64,000 nt of DNA, from assembly GCA_965204345.1 (NCBI GenBank), contig OZ241981.1, positions 1,216,001 through 1,280,000 on the forward strand, written 5' to 3'. Below are positions 31,410 to 40,732 of the stretch, one piece after another. Under the pieces are notes generated by a model. That model did no database searches. It saw only the letters and a list, made by a program, of their open reading frames with translations, and was not told the DNA's origin. Origin of the DNA: Nitrosopumilus sp. (GTDB lineage: Archaea; Thermoproteota; Nitrososphaeria; Nitrososphaerales; Nitrosopumilaceae). The position numbers were made by a program, and so were the translations under genes. Position 1 is the first letter of the stretch; each line of letters begins with the position of its first letter.

Positions 31410-31628
31410 ATGAAACTCTATCTTGACTTTGAACCATGCAAAGAATGTAACGAAATGATGACCGGATTAAGCAGCCCTGAAATGCTGTTTGCAGATGAGA
31501 AAACAAGGGTAGACGAATCAGCAAAATTTCTCAGGCACCTAACCTATAACCACAACGAGGTCGTTCAAGCTGTTATGGAAGATCTTCCAAAACAAAAAAG
31601 AGACCAGGAACCGGATTTTTACAAGTAA
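31410..31628 (+). CDS. Small hypothetical protein
   Basis: 72 aa with CxxC...HxxxxH. Confidence 0.7.
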   Translation: MKLYLDFEPCKECNEMMTGLSSPEMLFADEKTRVDESAKFLRHLTYNHNEVVQAVMEDLPKQKRDQEPDFYK

Positions 31629-31699
31629 TAATTTATTATTAAAAACTGATGGTCATATTCATATACAAAACTGTTCTAATATTTTTGTGAAATGATAAA

Positions 31700-32125
31700 A
31701 TGAAAATTGGATTTTTTTTTAGTGTATTACTATTGCTTGTGACCGTTAGTTTTTTACAGTTCACATTAGCATTTGAACCAGAACCCCCACAAATTCCTGA
31801 ACCCGGCCCCGAACCAGAGCCCATACCAACACCGGATCCCACGCCACCTCCCAACCCCTTTCCTAAAGAATCCAGTTCAGAAAAGATTCAACGACTAGTT
31901 GATGAAAATGACAAATTAAAAAGTCAGAACGCTGATCTTCACAATGAAATATCTTCATTAAAAAATGACAAGTTAAGATTACAAGACGAAATATTACAAC
32001 TTAATAATTCCATACAGAATCTTAAACAAATAATCTTGGAGCAACTTAATGTAATTATAGAACTGACTAACACCCTAAAAAACACATTATTTGAAAAGCC
32101 ATTTTCCAATATAGAACACTTGTAG
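31700..32125 (+). CDS. Secreted Pro-rich coiled-coil protein
   Basis: Signal peptide, EP/PT repeats, heptad region. Confidence 0.7.
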   Translation: MKIGFFFSVLLLLVTVSFLQFTLAFEPEPPQIPEPGPEPEPIPTPDPTPPPNPFPKESSSEKIQRLVDENDKLKSQNADLHNEISSLKNDKLRLQDEILQLNNSIQNLKQIILEQLNVIIELTNTLKNTLFEKPFSNIEHL

Positions 32126-32152
32126 AATTTTTCTAAATATACAAAGTAAGAT

Positions 32153-32344
32153 TTACTTCTTAATTGATTCTAAAGAGTGACCGCGATTTGTAATCATTTG
32201 AGTAACTGCCTCCATTGTATAATCAATCCCATGTTCTTCTTCAAAATGATTTCTCAACTTCTCAATTAGTTCTATGGATTTTTCTTCATCTAAAATATAA
32301 TCACATTCAAAACCATAATCTTCACACCTGAGTTTTAATGTCAT
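32153..32344 (-). CDS. DUF1059-like metal-binding protein
   Basis: LRCEDYGFECDY...HFEEEH. Confidence 0.8.
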   Translation of the reverse strand: MTLKLRCEDYGFECDYILDEEKSIELIEKLRNHFEEEHGIDYTMEAVTQMITNRGHSLESIKK

Positions 32345-32474
32345 TTAGTCTGAGAAAATACTGAACCTATAAAAATCATAGACATGTCTTTGTGAATCAA
32401 AACCAAATTAGGCGTAAACCGCGCCAATTTCGTCTCAAATAGCACTAATAATGTCAGTTCATTCGTTACTATAG

Positions 32475-32858
32475 ATGAAAGGCATGGAATTTATTTTTCT
32501 AGCAATGGGTTCTGTACTTGGAGCGTTTCTTAGATACAAAATTACTGAATCGCCCCTACTTTTTAATACATTACCTGTCAACGTTTTGATTGTTAATGTT
32601 CTTGGAGCTTTCATTCTTGGAGCTTTCATAATCGTATCCCAACACTGGCATATTGATGGAAGGTATTCTCTTTTTGCAGCTGTTGGATTCTGTGGATCAC
32701 TTACAACAATGTCATCATTTGCACTTGATTCAAGTAATCTTTTTGAAAATAATCAATATGGAATGCTTGCAATTAACATACTAGCTAATGTTGGCTTGTC
32801 AATTATGGCACTCATTGGTGGAAAATCATTAATGAGTGCAATTATCAACAGTAATTAG
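32475..32858 (+). CDS. crcB: Fluoride channel Fluc/CrcB
   Basis: GAFLRY, NVLGAF, GFCGSLTTMSSF. Confidence 0.93.
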   Translation: MKGMEFIFLAMGSVLGAFLRYKITESPLLFNTLPVNVLIVNVLGAFILGAFIIVSQHWHIDGRYSLFAAVGFCGSLTTMSSFALDSSNLFENNQYGMLAINILANVGLSIMALIGGKSLMSAIINSN

Positions 32859-32860
32859 AA

Positions 32861-33091
32861 ATGGTTTATTCATATCAAGTTGTAAAGTTTCAGACAATTT
32901 CTTTTGTTCAAGGCACTCATTGGTCCCAATCTGTGGGCGATAAAGGCATTTTATACAAATCACTAAAAGATCCATTCTCAAAACTTATTGTTCAATCCAC
33001 AAACGGTTCAAAAAAATTGTACCGTGTGCCAAAAGACAGGACAGTTATTGTGACTAGTGATATAATACATTTTCTAGGCGAATTAGCATAA
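32861..33091 (+). CDS. Hypothetical protein
   Basis: 76-aa ORF directly after crcB. Confidence 0.65.
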   Translation: MVYSYQVVKFQTISFVQGTHWSQSVGDKGILYKSLKDPFSKLIVQSTNGSKKLYRVPKDRTVIVTSDIIHFLGELA

Positions 33092-33364
33092 TTATTTAAA
33101 AAACTGATCTACCTGATCCCGATATTTTAAAGCAATTTTTCCAAATTCTGTAAAATCATCTGGTGTAGGATACTTCATTCTCATTGCAAATTGATTGACA
33201 AATATGGATAATGCACTTCCAATAATCAAATTATAGACGCCGTCAGCCACATTATTTGAGTATGGAAATGCGACTCTGATAAATGGCAAATAAGTCTCAG
33301 TCTGAGAAATCATTAATTTGATATGCTTTTCAACAAATTCTTCTACGTCAGATGGAATTGCCAT
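33092..33364 (-). CDS. Hypothetical protein
   Basis: 90-aa ORF with ATG start. Confidence 0.7.
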   Translation of the reverse strand: MAIPSDVEEFVEKHIKLMISQTETYLPFIRVAFPYSNNVADGVYNLIIGSALSIFVNQFAMRMKYPTPDDFTEFGKIALKYRDQVDQFFK

Positions 33365-33517
33365 AATTATACTAGTATTGATTTCTTATAAGTAAAACCT
33401 TGGTCACTACGCATGCTTTATAGTATAATTTCTGTCATGCATATTTGTTTATCATTTCTGCCTTCCAAATTCTCCCAAATGAAATTAAATTTATAGCACT
33501 GCCTTGGTTTTTTATTA

Positions 33518-33826
33518 TTGCTTGAGCTAGACAAAAAAGTGTTCGGGAAAATCACAACTAAAGAAATTATTGGCGCTTATCCGCCAGCAATTCCTGACAG
33601 TAAAGATAATTTTGAAAAAGAACTTGCAATCTTGCTTGGAGAACTATCATCACAAACAAAAGAAAACATGGAAAAATTATTAGAGCAACAAAAAATTTCT
33701 GAATTACATATCAACAATAGACCAGGTGCCATGGCTTTGGCCCAAAATAAAATTCAGCTATTTAATGAATACAATAAAAAATATGTTCAAGCAATTAAAG
33801 AAGAACTCCAATCACCGTCCTGCTAA
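33518..33826 (+). CDS. Hypothetical protein
   Basis: 102-aa helical ORF. Confidence 0.65.
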   Translation: MLELDKKVFGKITTKEIIGAYPPAIPDSKDNFEKELAILLGELSSQTKENMEKLLEQQKISELHINNRPGAMALAQNKIQLFNEYNKKYVQAIKEELQSPSC

Positions 33827-33868
33827 TTTGGATGACTAGTCATTTTACGTCTATTTCAGACATATTTT

Positions 33869-35347
33869 TTATTCATCTTGAGAATCATCCAGTTTTTTTC
33901 TGACAAATCCGCCTTCAATACTTTCACCTTTAGAATCACTGGATAACTTTTCTGTTGCTTCAATTGAATCTCCCTTAGAATCATCATCTGGCTTGACAAA
34001 TCCGCCTTCTGTTGATTCTGGGGGTGGTATCTTTTTTGATCTCCCTAATCCGATTGTTGTGATAATTACTGAGGACAAAATAATAAAAAATATGATTTGT
34101 GGGTATGCTTCGGCATTTGGCAACCCCAGAGTTATTGGATATGTTGCAAGTACTGCAGCAGCCAATCCTCTTGGTATCATAGAATTTGTAACCGCTCTAT
34201 CCAAGCGTGAAAATCTTTTTGTCAACGTTATTTTTCCGACTAGTATTCTTCCAAAATAGACAGCAACTGTTATTAGAATTCCAAATATCAGATATTCTAT
34301 TTGACCAAAGCTTGCCATCAGTCCTACAAATACAAAGAAAAATGACCGCACCAGGAACGTTAACTGATTATGCGTAGGATCATCGGTCTCAATTCGTGGC
34401 AATTTGAATCTGAGAATTTTTGAAAGGTGATTTTTATTCCCAATCATCAAGCCAAACACTAATGCGGTTAGTGCACCAGATTCTCCAAATGAATTTGCTA
34501 AGAAGAATAAAACAAACAAGATACCTAATGTAAGCATGTATGCGTGCTGAGCATTGCCTAACTTTGTCGAGACATACATCCAAGGTACCCCGACTCCAAA
34601 TCCAAGAACTAGACCGACTATTACTGCCCTGCCAATAGTTTCTTGTAATGTTTGAATATCAAAATGTCCTGCCAATACCGCTTCAAATAATATGAATGCA
34701 ACAATAGTTGCCAAAATATCAGTTAGTGCTGATTCAAAACTAAGCATGGATTTGGTTTCTTCTGAAATTTTGATATTCCTGACTAGTCCAAAAACAATAG
34801 CCGAACTACTTCCCCCTACGATGGATCCCAGCAAAATACTTTCCAGCCATAACCATCCTAATGCAAAATGAGCTGCAAGAGTAATCATTATGACTGATAA
34901 AATAAAACCAAGAGTAGCAAGTGTTACTGAAAAATGAGCCGTTTTTACAACGTGTTTGATATCTAAATTTAATCCGCCATCAAACATGATGATTATCAAT
35001 GCAAGTGCAGCAAAATATGGAACAACCTGAATTACTGCTTCAGGTTGAATGATTCCAAATACTGGTCCTATTATTACACCAAGAATCATCAAAAAAGCTA
35101 CATCTGGAATCCCAGTTTTTTTGAAGAAAGCTTCCCCTGCCACTCCCAGAAAAATTACTACACCTGCAGCAAGTAATATTACATGAGCTGACGCAATTGG
35201 GCCATCCTGAATTGCCAATGCTCCGATGGAATTTTGCAATTCGGCAATTTTGTTAAAAATTATATCCATATTAAAATTTGATAGTGAAACCGTGTCTTCA
35301 GTTTGTCCTCTAAATAAATTCAAAATTGACAAAATTATGGGATTCAT
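33869..35347 (-). CDS. Cation:proton antiporter (CPA1/NhaP-like)
   Basis: IMFDGG, SSSAIV, FESALTD, IPRGLAAAV; many TM helices. Confidence 0.9.
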   Translation of the reverse strand: MNPIILSILNLFRGQTEDTVSLSNFNMDIIFNKIAELQNSIGALAIQDGPIASAHVILLAAGVVIFLGVAGEAFFKKTGIPDVAFLMILGVIIGPVFGIIQPEAVIQVVPYFAALALIIIMFDGGLNLDIKHVVKTAHFSVTLATLGFILSVIMITLAAHFALGWLWLESILLGSIVGGSSSAIVFGLVRNIKISEETKSMLSFESALTDILATIVAFILFEAVLAGHFDIQTLQETIGRAVIVGLVLGFGVGVPWMYVSTKLGNAQHAYMLTLGILFVLFFLANSFGESGALTALVFGLMIGNKNHLSKILRFKLPRIETDDPTHNQLTFLVRSFFFVFVGLMASFGQIEYLIFGILITVAVYFGRILVGKITLTKRFSRLDRAVTNSMIPRGLAAAVLATYPITLGLPNAEAYPQIIFFIILSSVIITTIGLGRSKKIPPPESTEGGFVKPDDDSKGDSIEATEKLSSDSKGESIEGGFVRKKLDDSQDE

Positions 35348-35456
35348 TAATGAATGAATGTATATGTATCTGGATAAAAGTTAAACTAGACTTGGCTAAT
35401 AATTTCAGGCTCTCTCTATAACTGATTTTTAAATAACATACTAAAAATCAGAACAT

Positions 35457-35999
35457 ATGAGTGCAACAAACCAATTACGTGCTGATCATGATCAGGTTCG
35501 CCGTTTGGAAAAAATAGTTGGAAAATGTGCTGATGAATTATACAAAGGGACCAAAATACCGTTTTCGGATTTAACAAAAATCACAATCGTTATTTCAGAA
35601 TTTGTCGATACCATTCATCATTCAAGAGAAGAAGACTCGTATTTTCCATGTGTTGCAAGCTATGATTCACTAAAAGAAGAAATTCGAAAATTTATGATTG
35701 AACATGAATTTGGAAGAAATATTGCCAGACAAATATCACACCATCTAAAAAGATGGAAAGCCGGTGAAAATGCACGGGAACCAGTATCCAGATATTTGCG
35801 AACATACGGAATTTTTCTAAATGATCATCTTAACAAAGAAAATAAATTCTTTGATGAGGCAGAAGCCGAGGTACTGTCCAAAGAAGAAGAAACTGAAATG
35901 TATGAGCAATATAGATCAGTGTTTGCTATTGTAAAAAAAGTAGAAGAATTGATTGAGGATATTGATTATTTAGAAAACCAACCCTGGGCTAAAAATTAA
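35457..35999 (+). CDS. Hemerythrin-like domain protein
   Basis: LRADH, HHSREE, EHE, HLNKEN. Confidence 0.85.
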   Translation: MSATNQLRADHDQVRRLEKIVGKCADELYKGTKIPFSDLTKITIVISEFVDTIHHSREEDSYFPCVASYDSLKEEIRKFMIEHEFGRNIARQISHHLKRWKAGENAREPVSRYLRTYGIFLNDHLNKENKFFDEAEAEVLSKEEETEMYEQYRSVFAIVKKVEELIEDIDYLENQPWAKN

Positions 36000-36011
36000 C
36001 GTAAGCTCTTT

Positions 36012-36551
36012 ATGGGTTATTCAGATGTTTCATTTATGAAACCTTTTATTCTTTGGATGACTGGACTTCCCTGTTCAGGAAAGACAACCATCGTAAAAGA
36101 TTTGCAAAAAGATATTCCAAATTTGGCAATGCTTGATGGTGATGAACTAAGAGAATGGTTCTCACCAAAAGATTTTTCAAAAGCAGGGCGTGATGAACAC
36201 AACAAAAAAGTTGCTCATTTAGCCAAGCTTTTGTTAAAACACGGTGTTCCAAGTGCCGTATCTCTAGTATCTCCATACATAGAGAATAGAGAAAATGCCA
36301 GGGAGATTATTGATGCAGGTGATCAGTTTGTAGAATGTTATGTAAAATGTTCTTTAGAAAAATGTGAGGAAAGAGATGTCAAAGGCATGTATGCCAAGGC
36401 TCGAAAGGGAGAAATCAAGGGATTTACGGGAATTGACGATCCTTATGAAGCTCCAGAAAAGGCAGACCTCATTATTGACACAGAAAACGAACCGCTCTCA
36501 GATTCTGCAAACAAAGTAAAGGACTTCCTTAAAGGAAGAAACCTACTCTAA
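36012..36551 (+). CDS. cysC: Adenylyl-sulfate kinase
   Basis: TGLPCSGKTT, LDGD, RDVKGMY, FTGIDDPYEAP. Confidence 0.95.
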   Translation: MGYSDVSFMKPFILWMTGLPCSGKTTIVKDLQKDIPNLAMLDGDELREWFSPKDFSKAGRDEHNKKVAHLAKLLLKHGVPSAVSLVSPYIENRENAREIIDAGDQFVECYVKCSLEKCEERDVKGMYAKARKGEIKGFTGIDDPYEAPEKADLIIDTENEPLSDSANKVKDFLKGRNLL

Positions 36552-37358
36552 TTTTTTAAATTCTTCAACTATTTTATCATGAACCAATCCGTTGGTTGCT
36601 AGAATTCCATTTTGATGATACACATCTTTGTTGTTGTATGTGATATCATTTCCTAGCATATCAGTCATTCTACCACCAGCTTCCACAATGATACAATATG
36701 AAGCGGCCGAATCCCACTCTTTCATTTTATTTGTAGTTGTAATGTATGCTTCAGCCTCGCCAGAACTAATTTTTCCAACTTTTAATGAGCTTCCAATACT
36801 TGTGAAATCATCAATGCCTAATTTTTTAATAAATAACTTTTCTGCATCTGACAGATGGTGTCTTGATCCAACAGTTCTACATTTGCTGACTTCTGAAACC
36901 TGAGTCACAGCTATTCTCTTCCATTCTCCATTTGAATATCTAAATGCACCCTTATTTTTTTGTGCAACAAACAGTGTCTTTTCGGTAGGCCAATTAATCA
37001 CTCCAAGAATTGGTTTTTTATCTTCAATTAAGGCAATCATCACGGTAAACTCACCGGTTTTATCAATAAAGTCAGAAGTTCCGTCAAGAGGGTCTACAAT
37101 CCAAACCTTATCCTTTGATAATCGATCCGAATCATCCTTATCCTCCTCAGATAAAATCACATGTTCTGTTTGTGAGAGAATTTTCTTAATAATTTCATTG
37201 CTCTTTAAATCTGCATCAGTAATTGGCGAATTGTCATTTTTTGTAGCTGCCTGATAATCTCCATTATAAACCTCCAAAATTGCATCTCCTGCTTTTATTG
37301 CAGCTTGAACTGCCATGTCTAATTCGGGTATTTTATTAGAAATGGGAATAATCTCCAA
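36543..37358 (-). CDS. cysQ: 3'(2'),5'-bisphosphate nucleotidase
   Basis: SPITDAD, LSEE, DPLDGT, SRHH, GSSLK, EWD. Confidence 0.92.
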   Translation of the reverse strand: MEIIPISNKIPELDMAVQAAIKAGDAILEVYNGDYQAATKNDNSPITDADLKSNEIIKKILSQTEHVILSEEDKDDSDRLSKDKVWIVDPLDGTSDFIDKTGEFTVMIALIEDKKPILGVINWPTEKTLFVAQKNKGAFRYSNGEWKRIAVTQVSEVSKCRTVGSRHHLSDAEKLFIKKLGIDDFTSIGSSLKVGKISSGEAEAYITTTNKMKEWDSAASYCIIVEAGGRMTDMLGNDITYNNKDVYHQNGILATNGLVHDKIVEEFKKLE

Positions 37359-37367
37359 TTAAATCCC

Positions 37368-37574
37368 CTAAGTTGTAAGTTCTGGTTTTAGTGTCCAGAC
37401 TATTCCTAGCATGATAAATGGAATTGACATAATTCCTATAATGCCAAGTATGGTGTTAAATTGGGATGTCGATACCTCCGGGTTGTTTATTATCCATGGT
37501 AGAGGTAATGAAATAATTATCCAAATAATTCCCAAAAGTATAATCAGTTTTGCCTTTGCTTTTCTATCTTTCAT
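37368..37574 (-). CDS. Small 2-TM membrane protein
   Basis: 68 aa, two hydrophobic helices. Confidence 0.7.
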   Translation of the reverse strand: MKDRKAKAKLIILLGIIWIIISLPLPWIINNPEVSTSQFNTILGIIGIMSIPFIMLGIVWTLKPELTT

Positions 37575-37614
37575 TGGATTCTATCTCCTATAGCTGTATT
37601 AAATTCATGTGAAT

Positions 37615-38370
37615 TCATTTTACTGATTCTCCTCCGTCTACAGTGAGAATTGCACCAGTAATCCACGATGCATCATTTGAGGCAAAGTACAGAACTGCCT
37701 TTCCAATTTCTTCAGGCTGGCCTATTCTGCCCATTGGATGTTCACTATTCATAAAATCTTTGTCTTTCTCAGTTTTTAAAAACGGCTTTGTCATATCCGT
37801 ATCAACTACCCCCGGACAAATACAATTCACTCTAATCTTATTTTTAGAATATTCAAGCGCCCAGCATTTTGTTAGTAAAATTAATGCGGCCTTTGATGCA
37901 GAGTATGCATCTACATTGAATCCTTGGTATGCCTTTATGCCTGCATCTGATGAAATATTGATTATTGAACCAGACGTCTTTTGCAAATATGGAATTGCTT
38001 CCTTTGTAAATCTAAACTGTCCTGTAAGGTTTACATCCAATACTTCATTCCATTCATCTTCACTAATCTCATGCAGTTGCTTTATTTCTGGAAATATTCC
38101 TGCATTATTTACAAGAATATCAAGCTTGCCAAATTTTTCAATTATTTTACCTACCACATTTTTTACATCGCTTGTTTTTTTAATATCTGCTGAAATTCCA
38201 ATACCATTTGGAATTTCTGTTACTACCTTTTTTAGTCTCTGATTATTTTTTGCAGTTATGATTACTATTGCTCCATTTTCTGATAAAATTTTTGCAGTAG
38301 CTAGTCCAATACCACGACTACCACCAGTAACTAGAGCAACCTTGTCTGATAATTTCAATAATATTTGCAT
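37615..38370 (-). CDS. SDR family oxidoreductase (FabG-like)
   Basis: TGGSRGIG, NNAG, YSASK, VDGG. Confidence 0.92.
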   Translation of the reverse strand: MQILLKLSDKVALVTGGSRGIGLATAKILSENGAIVIITAKNNQRLKKVVTEIPNGIGISADIKKTSDVKNVVGKIIEKFGKLDILVNNAGIFPEIKQLHEISEDEWNEVLDVNLTGQFRFTKEAIPYLQKTSGSIINISSDAGIKAYQGFNVDAYSASKAALILLTKCWALEYSKNKIRVNCICPGVVDTDMTKPFLKTEKDKDFMNSEHPMGRIGQPEEIGKAVLYFASNDASWITGAILTVDGGESVK

Positions 38371-38494
38371 GTGAATTTAGTAATTTATAGATCCATCAAT
38401 TATACATAGACATCAAAAATTACATAAAATATAATATTTTTTTATAAATTTTTGCACTAAATGTTAAATAGCTAAAGTTACTACAGTAATTAAT

Positions 38495-38624
38495 GTCGAA
38501 AGATATAATTGCTATCGACTAGTCTTGCGTAGCCCCGCAGAACGAAAAAGGTGATCAGACATTAAATGTCTACAAGGAGAGGAAATCTCTCAAAGTTCTG
38601 TAACAAAGGGGTTTACGCCTTTTT
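38495..38624 (+). ncRNA. Candidate structured ncRNA (multibranch fold)
   Basis: Nested stems GCGTA/TACGC, GCCCC/GGGGT, GCAGAAC/GTTCTGT enclosing AGACAT/ATGTCT and GAGAG/CTCTC hairpins; upstream TATA-like TTAAATA, downstream T-tract. Confidence 0.55.
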
Positions 38625-39093
38625 AATTTTCTAAAATATCTACTGACACTGAACCCAGCAGATTTTCATTTGGGTCTATGCTAATTGCAACTTGTTGAGA
38701 TTCTAAAATTTCAAATTTTTTGACTCCGGCATATTCCCATGTATAATATTCTGAGATTTCTGTTTTGTGTAATGTATTTGTTAGCTTAAAATCTTCAGCG
38801 AAATTTATACTGGTACCAACCAAGTTAATCGTTAAAATTTCTGGACTGCTTCCATTTGGAACAAATCTAAAAACATATTCTCCTTTTTGAATAGTGAATG
38901 TGTCTCCATACGTTCCATCAACGTAAAGTTTAGGATTTGCAAGCGTTACATGAAATATAGCGTAATTTTCCTTTTCACTAGTCTTATCTGATGAAAAATT
39001 TACCAAGCCAACTGCTATGATAATTATTATTGGAATAATTATTATTGGAATAATTATTATTTTTTTATTCATTAAAATACACATAGAATTCAA
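38623..39093 (-). CDS. Membrane-anchored hypothetical protein
   Basis: N-terminal hydrophobic anchor followed by beta-rich domain. Confidence 0.75.
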   Translation of the reverse strand: MNSMCILMNKKIIIIPIIIIPIIIIIAVGLVNFSSDKTSEKENYAIFHVTLANPKLYVDGTYGDTFTIQKGEYVFRFVPNGSSPEILTINLVGTSINFAEDFKLTNTLHKTEISEYYTWEYAGVKKFEILESQQVAISIDPNENLLGSVSVDILEN

Positions 39094-39157
39094 CTATAAA
39101 AATAAATTCTATATTCTGTCAATACGCTTAAGTTTATGATCAATTAGAAAATCACAA

Positions 39158-39442
39158 ATGAGTTTTATCTGTAAAAGATGCAGAAATACTTTCCAAGCAG
39201 AAACGGAAACAAAATCAGTCTGTGAAAACTGTAAAACTCAGTTAAATTTACTAAAAGAAGAACTATCAGTAAACAACGAGAGAATCAGAAAACTTGAGGA
39301 ACATAAAAAATCTGAACTACAAGATCCTAAAAACCCCAAAACTCATTTAGAGACCATGAAGCGAATTGAGCATAACCTGCAAATTGAATATAAAAAGCGA
39401 AACGGACTCACAAATCTAATAAATTCCAAAGACGAATTCTAG
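39158..39442 (+). CDS. Zinc-ribbon/coiled-coil hypothetical protein
   Basis: CxxC...CxxC followed by heptads. Confidence 0.65.
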   Translation: MSFICKRCRNTFQAETETKSVCENCKTQLNLLKEELSVNNERIRKLEEHKKSELQDPKNPKTHLETMKRIEHNLQIEYKKRNGLTNLINSKDEF

Positions 39443-39605
39443 ATTCAATTCAATACTCATTTCATTATTTTCAAAATTTGCTTTTTTTTAAACAATGAAG
39501 ATTGCTTAAAAGGAATTTTAAATGCTAACTTTAGTTAGTAATTTTTTATGTCCTGTAAACCATTCTTTACACAGGAGATTAAGTAGATACTCTAAAATCA
39601 AACTC

Positions 39606-40250
39606 ATGCCTAGTTTATCCAACAAATGGTCCCAGCAACCACGGGCAGGAATTACTGAAAAAATTAATGATACAATCAAGCCTAAAGGGGCTTTAAAACC
39701 ACGAGTACAGGAGGGCATTAAAAAATTACAAGTACAAATTAAAAAATTAGATACAATGTTGACAAGTTTGCAGGAACGTGATGCAAAACTGTTCCAAAGA
39801 ATCGTGGATGCAACCCAAAAACATGATACTCAAACTACCAAAGTTCTTGGAAATGAACTAGCAGAAGTACGAAAAGTTACAAAAATTTTGAGTAGTGCCA
39901 GAATAGCATTGGAACAGATTGAATTAAGATTAACCACATGCAGTGATCTTGGAGATACAGTAGTAGCAATTATGCCTACAATGGGATTGATGAAGAATAT
40001 CAAGTCATCACTTGGTAAAATTATGCCAGGTGCCGAACAAGAAATCGGTCAAATGGCAGAAATGTTAGGCGGTTTTATGACAGAAAGTTTCTCAGGCGAT
40101 GCAGCATTTGGCATGGATGAGACAACCAGTGCAGAATCCGAAAGCATCTTAAAGGAAGCAGCAGCAGTTGCAGAAAGTTCTGCAGGCCAAATGTTCCCCT
40201 CAGTTCCAACTGATACACAAGAAGAAGCTTCTACAACCAAATTCTTGTAA
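39606..40250 (+). CDS. Snf7/ESCRT-III (CdvB-family) paralog
   Basis: Basic helical hairpin, ALEQIELRLTT..DLGD, acidic C-terminus ESILKEAAAVAE..FP; start at 39606 inferred. Confidence 0.88.
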   Translation: MPSLSNKWSQQPRAGITEKINDTIKPKGALKPRVQEGIKKLQVQIKKLDTMLTSLQERDAKLFQRIVDATQKHDTQTTKVLGNELAEVRKVTKILSSARIALEQIELRLTTCSDLGDTVVAIMPTMGLMKNIKSSLGKIMPGAEQEIGQMAEMLGGFMTESFSGDAAFGMDETTSAESESILKEAAAVAESSAGQMFPSVPTDTQEEASTTKFL

Positions 40251-40252
40251 TT

Positions 40253-40732
40253 TTAAAAATTTTCTTCAATTACAGAGTCTCTAGATTCCTTAATTTTTCT
40301 GACTCTGCTACCTTCATCGTCAATCACTCTGTCAACACCGGATAATTTTTCTCTTAAAGTATTGATGATCGAACCGACTTCGTCTGCCTCACTTTCTACC
40401 TGTTTTCTCTTACTTGCAAGCTCCTCAATTCCCCTGTTTTCTTCATCTATGTATTCGCTTACTTTTTGAAGTTTTTCTTTGAGATTTTTGATATCGACTG
40501 ATTCTTCTTCTATGTCTTTTTCAAGCATCGTTCTCTTTTCTTTGAGATTTTTAATCATTAAACCAACATAATCTATGGCCTCTTCCAGTTTTGCCCGTTT
40601 TCCCATTAATTCCCCTATTCCGATTTGGCTAGATGATTCTGTGGCTGAGACGGATTCTACAGATTCCTCAACATCTGGACTTCTTTCCTCCATCATCTCT
40701 CCTTCCTCTTCATTTTTGAATTTATCAAACAT
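40253..40732 (-). CDS. Coiled-coil hypothetical protein
   Basis: 159 aa, long heptad pattern. Confidence 0.75.
   Translation of the reverse strand: MFDKFKNEEEGEMMEERSPDVEESVESVSATESSSQIGIGELMGKRAKLEEAIDYVGLMIKNLKEKRTMLEKDIEEESVDIKNLKEKLQKVSEYIDEENRGIEELASKRKQVESEADEVGSIINTLREKLSGVDRVIDDEGSRVRKIKESRDSVIEENF

Noticed and set aside
32415-32432. CGCCAATT complementarity to 16S as another guide RNA
   Set aside because: Only 8 nt with no convincing C/D boxes; chance is likely
32345-32475. Fluoride riboswitch upstream of crcB
   Set aside because: Only a small hairpin (GGCG-TAAACCG-CGCC) is present; the GATGG...TGATG..CCTAC pseudoknot consensus is absent
37643-38242. Long antisense ORFs (also 46176-46664, 60084-60587, 57580-58029 and others)
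   Set aside because: Shadow frames opposite well-supported genes
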